Below are positions 16,811 to 25,187 of a stretch of 64,000 nt of DNA, one piece after another; the stretch's first letter is position 1; every line of letters begins with the position of its first letter. Source of the DNA: Vicinamibacterales bacterium (GTDB lineage Bacteria; Acidobacteriota; Vicinamibacteria; Vicinamibacterales; UBA2999). Location: assembly GCA_030680175.1 (NCBI GenBank), contig JAUXWO010000111.1, forward strand, positions 65,145 through 129,144, written 5' to 3'. Position numbers and translations under genes: made by a program. The notes below the pieces were generated by a model, which saw only the letters and a program-made list of their open reading frames with translations, ran no database searches and had not been told where the DNA came from.

Positions 16811-17628
16811 GCAACCCCGTGGCAGTGCTGTCGACGGCATCGGTGGAGAGCGCCCGCGTCATCGTGGCCAACCGCGGGCTGCTGGCCGCGATCACGCGGG
16901 TCGAACTGCAGAAGAAGTACGCCGGGTCGGTGCTGGGGCTCGGGTGGGTCTTCCTGCAGCCGGCGCTCCTGCTGTCGGTCTACCTGTTCATCTATCTGGT
17001 GGTCTTCCAGGTGCGTTTTCCGGGGTTCAGCACGTTTGACTACGTGTTGTATGTCTTCTGCGGGCTCGTCCCGTACTTCGGCTTCATGGAGGCGCTCACG
17101 ACGGGGGGGCTGTCGATCCGGCAGAACATCCACCTCGTGAAGAACGTGATGCTGCCGATTGAACTCGTGCCGGTGCGGGCGGTGCTGGTGGGGATGATGA
17201 GCCAGTTCGTGAGCCTGGCGATCGTGCTGCTGATGCTGGCCGCGTCGGGGAAGCTGACGCCGCACGTGCTGTGGCTGCCGCTCGTCGTCGTGCTGCAGGT
17301 GCTGCTCCTCATCGGGCTGACGTGGATCCTGTCAAGCCTCACCGTGGCGCTGCCGGATGTGACGTATTTCGTGAACCTCTTCGTGTTCCTGCTGATGTTC
17401 CTGTCGCCCATCGGCTTCAAGCCGGACATGGTGCCGGCGAACTTCCAGTGGGTGATCTACCTCAACCCTGTCTACTACATGATCGAGGCCTACCGGGATA
17501 GCATGCTGAACGGCACGTGGCCGGATCTGTTTGATTTCACCGTGTACGCCGCCGGCTCGTTGGGGGCGTTCGCCGCGGGGGCGGCGTTCTTCAGGGCGTT
17601 CAAGGGCGTGCTGGTCGACTACGAATGA
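16807..17628 (+). CDS. ABC-2 type polysaccharide export permease (Wzm/TagG-like)
   Basis: 273 aa with about six hydrophobic segments. The N-terminal LQKKYAGSVLGLGWVFLQP signature is that of ABC-2 exporters. GTGA overlap with the upstream gene. Confidence 0.8.
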   Translation: MSNPVAVLSTASVESARVIVANRGLLAAITRVELQKKYAGSVLGLGWVFLQPALLLSVYLFIYLVVFQVRFPGFSTFDYVLYVFCGLVPYFGFMEALTTGGLSIRQNIHLVKNVMLPIELVPVRAVLVGMMSQFVSLAIVLLMLAASGKLTPHVLWLPLVVVLQVLLLIGLTWILSSLTVALPDVTYFVNLFVFLLMFLSPIGFKPDMVPANFQWVIYLNPVYYMIEAYRDSMLNGTWPDLFDFTVYAAGSLGAFAAGAAFFRAFKGVLVDYE

Positions 17629-18704
17629 CGAAGGTCCTGTCGATCGTCGGCGCCCGGCCGCAGTTCATCAAGGCGGCCCCCGTCCATCGCGCGCTCGCCG
17701 CGCGCTGCCAGGTGGTCCAGGTGCACACCGGGCAGCACTACGACGACAACATGTCGGCCGTGTTCTTCCGCGAGCTCGGCCTGCCCGCGCCGGACATCGA
17801 CCTCGGGGTGGGGTCGGGTTCGCACGCCAGGCAGACCGCGGCCATGCTGGAGCGGCTCGAACCCGTGTTGACGGCTGAACGCCCGGACTGGGTCGTGATC
17901 TACGGCGACACCAACTCGACGCTGGCCGCGGCGATCACGGCCGCGAAGCTCACGATGCCCGTCGCGCACGTCGAGGCCGGCCTGCGCAGCTTCAACCGTG
18001 CCATGCCGGAGGAGCAGAACCGCCTGGTAGCGGACCACCTGTCGTCGCTGCTCTTCTGCCCGACCGAGGCGGCGGTGTCGCACCTCAAGGCCGAGGGCAT
18101 CACCGCGGGTGTGCACCTGGTGGGCGATGTCATGGAGGAAGCGCTGGCCGACGCGGTCGTCCGCGCCCGCCAGGAATCGACCGCCATCGAGCGGCTCGGG
18201 CTGGGCAGGAGCCGCTATGCGGTGGCGACCGTGCACCGGGCCGAGAACACCGACAGCCCGGAGCGCCTCGCCGGGATCCTCGCCGCCTTGAACCAGCTGC
18301 GGGACACCGTGGTCTTCCCGGTGCACCCACGCACCCGCAAGGCGATCGACGCCCTCGACTGGACGCCCGGCGCGCACGTGCGGATGGTCGACCCGCAGGG
18401 CTATCTGGACATGGTGCAGCTCGTCTCCGGCGCGAGCCTGGTGCTCACCGATTCCGGCGGCCTGCAGAAGGAGGCATGCTGGATGGGTGTCCCCTGCGTC
18501 ACGCTGCGCGACGAGACGGAGTGGGAAGAGACGGTGAGCCGCGGATGGAACGTGCTCGCCGGCGCCGACACCACCCGCATCGTCACCGCCGCGCGGACGA
18601 TCAAGGCGCCGTCCCCGTGGCCCCCGGCGCGCGGCGCCGGCAGCCCGTCGGCCGAGATCGCCCGGCTCCTGCTGGGAGAGACACAGCGCAGCGTGACAGC
18701 GTGA
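17625..18704 (+). CDS. wecB: UDP-N-acetylglucosamine 2-epimerase (non-hydrolysing), copy 2
   Basis: Motifs VLSIVGARPQFIKAAPV, HTGQHYD, HVEAGLRSFN and DSGGLQKEA. ATGA overlap with the permease gene. Confidence 0.9.
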   Translation: MTKVLSIVGARPQFIKAAPVHRALAARCQVVQVHTGQHYDDNMSAVFFRELGLPAPDIDLGVGSGSHARQTAAMLERLEPVLTAERPDWVVIYGDTNSTLAAAITAAKLTMPVAHVEAGLRSFNRAMPEEQNRLVADHLSSLLFCPTEAAVSHLKAEGITAGVHLVGDVMEEALADAVVRARQESTAIERLGLGRSRYAVATVHRAENTDSPERLAGILAALNQLRDTVVFPVHPRTRKAIDALDWTPGAHVRMVDPQGYLDMVQLVSGASLVLTDSGGLQKEACWMGVPCVTLRDETEWEETVSRGWNVLAGADTTRIVTAARTIKAPSPWPPARGAGSPSAEIARLLLGETQRSVTA

Positions 18705-18711
18705 CATTACT

Positions 18712-18760
18712 GAAAGCCGAAAGCCGAAGGCTGATAGCCGATAGCCGATAGCCGATAGCG
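18712..18760. repeat. Heptanucleotide tandem array A: GAAAGCC x2, GAAGGCT, GATAGCC x3, GATAGCG
   Basis: Read directly from the sequence. Coordinates are anchored by the stop codon at 18702-18704 and the ATG at 18771. TAG triplets at 18735, 18742 and 18749 fall in all three frames. Confidence 0.95.
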
Positions 18761-18770
18761 AAGAAACGAT

Positions 18771-19733
18771 ATGGACCTCAACGGGAAGAAAGTGATGTTG
18801 ATCGGAGGAGCCGGGCTCGTGGGCTCCCACGTCGTGGACAAGCTGCTCGCGCAGCCGGTGGCCGAGATTGTCGTCTTCGACAACTTCGTGCGCGGCACAC
18901 GCGAGAACCTGGCGGCGGCCGCCCGCGACCCGCGCGTGCGGATCGTCGAAGGCTCGATGACCGACCGCGACGGGCTGCGTCGCGCGATGGAGGGCGTCGA
19001 CGGGGTCTTTCTGCTGGCCTCGCTGTGGCTCGGTGAGTGCGTGAACGAGCCGCGCAGCGCGTGGGAAGTGAACGTCATGGGCTCGTGGAACGTGGTCGAG
19101 GCCTGCCGCGAGCTCGGCATCCAGCGCATCGTCTACTCGTCGTCGGCATCCGTCTACGGCAATGCCGTCGTCACGCCGATGACCGAGGAGCACCCGTTCA
19201 ACAACCGCACGACGTACGGCGCCACCAAGATCGCGATCGAGCAGATGCTGCGCGCGATGTACGAGCAGCACAAGCTGCCCTACGTCGGGTTCCGCTACAT
19301 GAACATCTACGGCGTGCGGATGGACTACGAGGGCACCTACGTCAGCGTGATCATGAAGGTGCTCGACAAGCTGTTCGCCGGGGAGCGCCCCGTGATCTTC
19401 GGCGACGGCTCGCAGGTGTACGACTTCATCGACGTCGAGGACGTGGCGGACGCGAACGTGCTGGCCATGCAGGCCGACTGCGTGGATGAGCAGTTCAACA
19501 TCGGCATGGGCGTCGGCACCTCCATCAACGACCTCGTCGGCATGCTGATCGAGCTGACGGGCTCCTCGCTGACCCCCGAGTACCGGGCCGAGGCCCAGAG
19601 CTTCGTGACCCACCGCATCGGAAGCACCGAGAAGGCCGAGCGGCTCATCGGCTTCAAGGCCACGACGCCCCTGCGTGAAGGGCTGCGCAAGGTCGTGGCA
19701 TGGCGGATGGCCCAGCGGGGCATCCACGCATGA
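18771..19733 (+). CDS. NAD-dependent epimerase/dehydratase (extended SDR)
   Basis: GGAGLVGSHVVDKLL (GxxGxxG) and YGATKIAIEQM (YxxxK). Confidence 0.85.
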   Translation: MDLNGKKVMLIGGAGLVGSHVVDKLLAQPVAEIVVFDNFVRGTRENLAAAARDPRVRIVEGSMTDRDGLRRAMEGVDGVFLLASLWLGECVNEPRSAWEVNVMGSWNVVEACRELGIQRIVYSSSASVYGNAVVTPMTEEHPFNNRTTYGATKIAIEQMLRAMYEQHKLPYVGFRYMNIYGVRMDYEGTYVSVIMKVLDKLFAGERPVIFGDGSQVYDFIDVEDVADANVLAMQADCVDEQFNIGMGVGTSINDLVGMLIELTGSSLTPEYRAEAQSFVTHRIGSTEKAERLIGFKATTPLREGLRKVVAWRMAQRGIHA

Positions 19734-20590
19734 TCTGGATCGTCCTGCCTGCCTACAACGAAGCGCAGGCGCTGCCGAAGCTGCTGCCCAGGCTCGACGC
19801 CGTCCTGCGCGAGCGCGGGCATGACTACCGGCTGGTCGTCGTCGACGATGGGAGCTCGGACGCGACCCCGGAGATCCTGGAGGGCTTCCGCGCCACGCTG
19901 CCCCTCGACATCGTCACCCATCCCATCAACCGGGGACTCGGCGAGACGGAGCGCGACGGCTTCGAGTACGTGGCGACACACTGCGCGCCGGACGATGTGA
20001 TCGTGCGGGTGGAGGGCGACGACACACACGACCCGGCGTACATCTTCGTCCTGCTGGAGAAGCTCGCGAGCGGCTTCGACGTGGTCAACACGTCGCGCTT
20101 TCAGCCGGGCGGCGCGCAGCGTGGCGTCAGCACGTACCGCGCCTTCATCAGCCGGTGCGCGAACCTGTTCATGAAGGTGATGTTCCCGATCCCCGGGCTC
20201 TGGGACTTCTCGTGCGGCTTCCGCGCCTACCGCGCCCGCGTGATCATCGATGCCGTCCGGGTGTTCGGCGACGACTTCGTCCAGTTGCGCGGCATGGGCT
20301 TCACGTCGACGCTCGAGATGGTCGTGAAGTTGAGCCTGCTCGGGTGCCGGTTCGCGGAGGTGCCCTTCGTCCTTCGCTACGACATGAAGGAGAGCGGCAG
20401 CAAGATGGTCGGGAGCATCACGACCCTCGGCTACCTGCTGATGGCGCTGCTCTATCACTGGCCGTTCGGCGGGTGGCGCAGCCGCTATCGCGGCCTCGCG
20501 GCGATGTACCGCCAGGACCCCGAGGCCGCGGTCGCCAAGTATCAGAAATCACAGTTGCCGAGACAGACGGCCAGCGGCATCCGTCTCTAA
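19730..20590 (+). CDS. Glycosyltransferase family 2, DPM1/Ppm1-like polyprenyl-phosphate glycosyltransferase, paralog 2
   Basis: ORF 19700..20590 trimmed to MIWIVLPAYNEAQAL at 19730 (ATGA overlap). Motifs VVVDDGSSDATPE and VEGDDTHDP, plus a single C-terminal hydrophobic segment. Confidence 0.8.
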   Translation: MIWIVLPAYNEAQALPKLLPRLDAVLRERGHDYRLVVVDDGSSDATPEILEGFRATLPLDIVTHPINRGLGETERDGFEYVATHCAPDDVIVRVEGDDTHDPAYIFVLLEKLASGFDVVNTSRFQPGGAQRGVSTYRAFISRCANLFMKVMFPIPGLWDFSCGFRAYRARVIIDAVRVFGDDFVQLRGMGFTSTLEMVVKLSLLGCRFAEVPFVLRYDMKESGSKMVGSITTLGYLLMALLYHWPFGGWRSRYRGLAAMYRQDPEAAVAKYQKSQLPRQTASGIRL

Positions 20591-20592
20591 GC

Positions 20593-20633
20593 CACGACCC
20601 ACGACCCACGACCCACTACCACTACCCACTACC
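20593..20633. repeat. Heptanucleotide tandem array B: CACGACC x3, CACTAC, CACTACC x2
   Basis: Read directly from the sequence between TAA 20588-20590 and ATG 20638. One unit is 6 nt long. Confidence 0.9.
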
Positions 20634-20637
20634 CAGC

Positions 20638-22539
20638 ATGTGCGGCATTTGCGGCATCCTCGAGCGTGACCCGGCCCGGCCGGTTGATGAGGCGCGCCTG
20701 CGCGGCATGACCGAGGCGCTGCACCATCGTGGTCCCGACGACCAGGATGTGCACGTGGATGGGGGGCTCGGGCTTGGCCATCGGCGGCTGAGCATCATCG
20801 ACCTCTCCGACGCCGGGCGTCAGCCGATGTCCACGCCCGATGGCCGTCTGTGGATCGTCCTGAACGGCGAGATCTACAACTACCGCGAACTCCGCGTGGA
20901 ACTCGAGGCCGCGGGCTGCCGGTTCCGGTCGCAGACCGACACCGAGGTGCTGCTGCACCTGTTCGATCGCGAGGGACCGGAGGGGCTCCGCAAGCTGATC
21001 GGCATGTTCGCGTTCGCGATCTGGGATGCGCGGGCACGCCGCCTGTTCGCCGCGCGGGATCACTTCGGCGTCAAGCCGTTCTACTACGCCGCGACGGGTG
21101 ATCGATTCGTATTTGCCTCGGAGATCAAGGCCCTGGTCGGCCCCGGTGGCGTGCCCGCCGAGCTGAATCAGGCGGGCCTGGCCGACTACGTCACGTTCCA
21201 GTTCACGCTCGACGACAAGACGCTCTTCAAGGGCGTGCGCAAGCTGATGCCCGGCCACTACCTGGTGGTCGAGCCCGGCGGCGACCCGGTGGTGCGGAAG
21301 TACTGGGACGTCAGCTTCGAGGTGGACACCCATCACACCGAGGCGTACTTCCAGCAGCGGCTCCGGGAGCTGCTCGACGATTCGATCCGGCTGCAGCTGC
21401 GCGCGGACGTGCCGATCGGCGCGCACCTGAGCGGCGGGCTCGACTCGACGACCGTGACGTGTCTGGCCGCCGGGACCGGGGCGCGTCCGTTCCATACGTT
21501 CAGCGGCGGGTTCGCCGACGGCCCGGCGTTCGACGAGACGCGCTACGCGCGGATCGCCGCCGCCGAGGCCGGCACGGTGCATCACGAGGTGTTCCCGACG
21601 GCGGCCGACTTCGTGGAGCAGATGCCGCGCCTGGCCTACGCGATGGATGAACCGGCGGCCGGTCCGGGACTGTTCCCGCAGTACGCCGTCTCGAAGCTCG
21701 CGGCCCAGCACGTGAAGGTGGTGCTCGGCGGGCAGGGCGGCGACGAGATCTTCGGCGGCTACACGCGGTACCTGGTCGCGTACCTCGAGGCCTGCATCAA
21801 GGGCGGGATCGAAGGCTCCCAGGAAGACCACCGCTACATCGTCACCTTCGAGTCGATCCTGCCGAACCTGGCGCAGTTGCGCGGCTATGAACCGATGCTG
21901 CGGCAGTTCATGGCCGAGGGCCTGTTCGACAGCCAGGAGCACCGCTACTTCCGCCTCGTGGACCGCAGCGCCGACATGCTCGGCGCGCTCGATGGCGCGG
22001 CCTGGGAGCAGATGACGCAGGGGTACCGGCCGTTCGAGGCGTTCCAGGCGGTGTTCGACGCGCCCGAGTGCCATTCGCTCATCAACAAGATGACGCGCTT
22101 CGACCTGAAGACGCTGCTGCCGGCGCTGCTGCAGGTCGAGGACCGCACCAGCATGTCGGTGTCGCTCGAATCCCGCGTGCCGCTGCTCGACCATCGCATC
22201 GTGGAGCTCGTGGCGTCGATGCCGCCGATGGTGAAGTTCAAGGGCGGCCGGTCGAAGCACGTCTTCCGCGAGGTGGTCGCGGGGATTGTGCCGGACGAGA
22301 TCTACAAGCGCACCGACAAGATGGGCTTCCCCGTGCCCCTCAACCGCTGGTACCGCGAGGAGCCGGTGCGTGGCTTCGTGCGCGACGTGCTGCTCGGACG
22401 CGCGGCGCGCGAGCGCGGCCTCGTGCGTCCGGACCGGGTCGAGGCGATGCTCGACAGCGAGCGCGACTACGGGCGCGGCCTGTGGGGCCTCCTGAACGTC
22501 GAATTGTGGGCGCAGACCTTCCTTGATGCACACCGCTGA
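20638..22539 (+). CDS. Asparagine synthase (glutamine-hydrolysing)-like amidotransferase
   Basis: ORF 20155..22539 trimmed to MCGICGIL (Ntn-type Cys2). Motifs HRGPDD, RLSIIDLS, LNGEIYNY and the PP-loop SGGLDSTTV. Confidence 0.9.
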   Translation: MCGICGILERDPARPVDEARLRGMTEALHHRGPDDQDVHVDGGLGLGHRRLSIIDLSDAGRQPMSTPDGRLWIVLNGEIYNYRELRVELEAAGCRFRSQTDTEVLLHLFDREGPEGLRKLIGMFAFAIWDARARRLFAARDHFGVKPFYYAATGDRFVFASEIKALVGPGGVPAELNQAGLADYVTFQFTLDDKTLFKGVRKLMPGHYLVVEPGGDPVVRKYWDVSFEVDTHHTEAYFQQRLRELLDDSIRLQLRADVPIGAHLSGGLDSTTVTCLAAGTGARPFHTFSGGFADGPAFDETRYARIAAAEAGTVHHEVFPTAADFVEQMPRLAYAMDEPAAGPGLFPQYAVSKLAAQHVKVVLGGQGGDEIFGGYTRYLVAYLEACIKGGIEGSQEDHRYIVTFESILPNLAQLRGYEPMLRQFMAEGLFDSQEHRYFRLVDRSADMLGALDGAAWEQMTQGYRPFEAFQAVFDAPECHSLINKMTRFDLKTLLPALLQVEDRTSMSVSLESRVPLLDHRIVELVASMPPMVKFKGGRSKHVFREVVAGIVPDEIYKRTDKMGFPVPLNRWYREEPVRGFVRDVLLGRAARERGLVRPDRVEAMLDSERDYGRGLWGLLNVELWAQTFLDAHR

Positions 22540-24208
22540 CGCGCTCGGCGCGCAGGTCGAGGCCGCGGCCGCGCGGGCCCTTGGCGAGCAGGATGCGAAT
22601 CCGCATTCGGCCACCGCGGGCTGCTTCGACCGCCGGTACTGGGCGTGGAAGCTCGTTGACTTCCCGGAAGCCACGTTCCAGCGGCTCGTGCTCCCGCTGG
22701 CCACGCTGTACCGGGACCCCGCCAGCCGCTATCACGGGCAGCCGGAAGTGCTGGCCGCCGTGCGCGCGGGCCTCGCGTACGTCACGCGCATTCAGCACGG
22801 CAACGGATCCTTCGATCAGGCGTTTCCGTTCGAGCAGAGCTACGGCGCCACGGCGTTCCTGCTGTCGCCCATCCTCGAGGCCGCGCGCCTCGTGGACGAG
22901 CACCTGACGCCGGCGGAGCGTGCCGCCATCGAGGGGACGGGACGACGGGCCGCCGAGTTCCTGTGCGGACACGAGGAGCGCCACGGCGTCATCGCGAACC
23001 ACCTGGCGGGGGCCGCGTGGTCCCTTGTCGTGGCGGCCGACCGGTTCCGCGAGCCGCGCTACGAGGAGGCGGCGTCTCGACTGGTGGCCTTCCTGCTCGA
23101 GCGCCAGTCCCCGGAGGGGTGGTGGCCGGAGTACGACGGCGCCGACCCCGGCTACCAGACGCTGTGCGTTGACTACCTGAGCGCCATCGCCGAGCGGCGG
23201 CCGTCGGAGGCGCTGGCGCGCGCGCTCGATCGGGCCGTGGAGTTCCTGCAGTGGTTCGTCCATCCGGACGGGACCTTCGGCGGCGTCTACGGCAGCCGGC
23301 GGACGTCGCTTGTCTACCTCGCCGGGCTGGCGCGCCTCGCGCCGCGTTCGGCACCGGCGGCCGCGATGTGCCGCGCGCTGGCCGCGGCCATGGCCCGCGG
23401 CGACCTCGCGGGGCCTGCCAGCGTGGACGCCGGCAACCTGGCCCCGATGCTCACGAGCACGGCGATGGCCCTGCCGCTGCTGGCGGCCGCTGGCGCGTCG
23501 GATGCGAGCCTGCCGTGCGAACGCACCGAAGTCGTCGCGGATTTCACGTCGGCAGGCCTCCACATCCGAGGGACCGCGCACTACTACGCGGTCTGCGGCG
23601 TGGCCAATGGCGGCACGCTCACCGTGTTCGCCGGCGAACCCCGCCGGCTCGTGCTCGACGATGGCGGCTACGTGGCAGAGATGGAGGACGGCGCGCGCGC
23701 CTCGACCCAGGCCACGCGCCGTGAACAGCCGGCGACAGTCGAGCAGGAGCGCATCGAGCTGACCGTGCCGTTCGTGCGCATGCCGTCGGCGCTCCCGACG
23801 CCGGGGCGGTTCGTCGCGTTGCGCCTGCTGAACCTGACGCTCATGCGCAGCATCGCGGCCGGCAACTGGGTGAAGCGGCGGCTCGTCGGGCTGTTGATGG
23901 CGGGTGGCGACGAGGTGGCCCTGACGCTGACCCGGCGCATCACGTTCGGCGCGGAGGCGGTCGAGGTCACGGACCGCATCGAGAGTCCCGGGAACCTGGC
24001 ATTGCGCGCGCTGACAGGCGGGCAGCCGTTCTCGAGCATTCACATGGCCTCCGCAGGGTACTTTCACGGTGCGCGCCTCGGCACGGCGCGCCCGGCCACG
24101 GTCGTGGACCTCGAGCGGCTGTCGCGCGAGGGCGTGGTCGAGCTGACCACCCGTGTCGATGTGGTGCCGGGCACCGAAAACCGATCGCCGACAGCCGATA
24201 GCCGGTAG
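22526..24208 (+). CDS. Hypothetical protein; predicted alpha/alpha-toroid N-half and beta-rich C-half (lyase-like architecture inferred)
   Basis: Long ORF that overlaps the upstream stop by 14 nt. Repeated motifs HGNGSFDQAFPFEQSYGATAF, SPEGWWPEYDGADPGYQTLC and HPDGTFGGVYGSR suggest toroid repeats. No named family is recognised. The last ~10 codons lie inside array C. Confidence 0.5.
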   Translation: MHTADALGAQVEAAAARALGEQDANPHSATAGCFDRRYWAWKLVDFPEATFQRLVLPLATLYRDPASRYHGQPEVLAAVRAGLAYVTRIQHGNGSFDQAFPFEQSYGATAFLLSPILEAARLVDEHLTPAERAAIEGTGRRAAEFLCGHEERHGVIANHLAGAAWSLVVAADRFREPRYEEAASRLVAFLLERQSPEGWWPEYDGADPGYQTLCVDYLSAIAERRPSEALARALDRAVEFLQWFVHPDGTFGGVYGSRRTSLVYLAGLARLAPRSAPAAAMCRALAAAMARGDLAGPASVDAGNLAPMLTSTAMALPLLAAAGASDASLPCERTEVVADFTSAGLHIRGTAHYYAVCGVANGGTLTVFAGEPRRLVLDDGGYVAEMEDGARASTQATRREQPATVEQERIELTVPFVRMPSALPTPGRFVALRLLNLTLMRSIAAGNWVKRRLVGLLMAGGDEVALTLTRRITFGAEAVEVTDRIESPGNLALRALTGGQPFSSIHMASAGYFHGARLGTARPATVVDLERLSREGVVELTTRVDVVPGTENRSPTADSR

Positions 24209-24245
24209 CCGAAAGCCGAAAGCCGAAAGCCGAAAGCCGAAAATG
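24176..24245. repeat. Heptanucleotide tandem array C: GAAAACC GATCGCC GACAGCC GATAGCC GGTAGCC GAAAGCC x4 GAAAATG
   Basis: Read directly from the sequence. It contains the upstream stop (TAG 24206-24208) and ends with the downstream ATG (24243-24245). Confidence 0.95.
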
Positions 24246-25187
24246 CCCGCCCTGCCTGGCGCCATCTCGAGTGACATCGACACGCTGCACTCCCTCTACA
24301 AGGGGCACGGGCTGCGGCGTGACGGGTACACCTACGCGGAGATGGCCATTGGCCTCGAGAACTTCTCGCGGTTCCTCGAGCCGTACGGCGTCAAGGCCAC
24401 GCTGTTCATGGTGGGGCACGATTTCCTGCAGCCGCAGAATCACGCGCCGATCCGCGCGGTCGCGGACGAGGGCCACGAGATCGCGAACCACTCGATGACG
24501 CACGCGCAGGGCTTCCGGTTGCTGCCGCCCGCGGAGATGGAGCGGGAAGTGGCCGGCATGGAAGAGGCATGCGAGGCGCTGCTGGGCCGGCGCCCGACGG
24601 GCTTTCGGTCGCCGGGCTGGAACATCGGCGACCAGGCGATCGAGATCCTCATGCGCCGCGGGTATGCCTACGACTCGTCGGTGCACCCCACGTCGCTGAT
24701 GCCGCTCTTTAAGCTGCTGCACTGGCGGAACACCACGCAGCGGACGGGCGGGGACCGCACGGCGATGGGGCAGCTCGACTACATGTGCGCGCCGATCTCG
24801 CCGTACCGGTCGTCGCGCGCGCACCTGCGCCAACGCGGCGCCGACGGCATCGTGGAACTGCCCGTTACCGTCGTGCCGGTGATCCGGCTGCCGTTCTGGG
24901 CCACCTTTCTGCTGGCGACGGGACTCGGGCCCTTCACCGCCAGCCTGGCGCTGCTGCGATCGTTCGGCGTGCCCGTGCAGTTCCAATTCCACCTGTCCGA
25001 CTTCGTCGACTTCAACCACCCGGAGTTCGCCGACCAGGTGCCGCGTCCGGGAGACGGCGTCTACGTCCCGCAGGCCCTGTGGACGCCGCTCGAGGCCAAG
25101 CGCGAGATCTTCACGCGGGCGATGGACCGGCTCGCCGAGCACTACACCTTCACGACGCTCGCGCAGTGGGCGGAGGGCGTGGCGTGA
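24243..25187 (+). CDS. Polysaccharide deacetylase (CE4 / NodB-homology domain)
   Basis: ORF 24153..25187 trimmed to MPALPGAISSDIDT at 24243. Motifs ATLFMVGHDF, HEIANHSMTH and GFRSPGW. Confidence 0.8.
   Translation: MPALPGAISSDIDTLHSLYKGHGLRRDGYTYAEMAIGLENFSRFLEPYGVKATLFMVGHDFLQPQNHAPIRAVADEGHEIANHSMTHAQGFRLLPPAEMEREVAGMEEACEALLGRRPTGFRSPGWNIGDQAIEILMRRGYAYDSSVHPTSLMPLFKLLHWRNTTQRTGGDRTAMGQLDYMCAPISPYRSSRAHLRQRGADGIVELPVTVVPVIRLPFWATFLLATGLGPFTASLALLRSFGVPVQFQFHLSDFVDFNHPEFADQVPRPGDGVYVPQALWTPLEAKREIFTRAMDRLAEHYTFTTLAQWAEGVA

Noticed and set aside
18707-19129. Peptide-like repeats (…RYRLSAIGYQPSAFGFQ, …FRLSAFGFRLSATGYRLSAIGF…) in minus-strand ORFs crossing arrays A and C.
   Set aside because: These are translations of the heptamer arrays on the wrong strand, inside antisense ORFs. 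There is no independent coding evidence.
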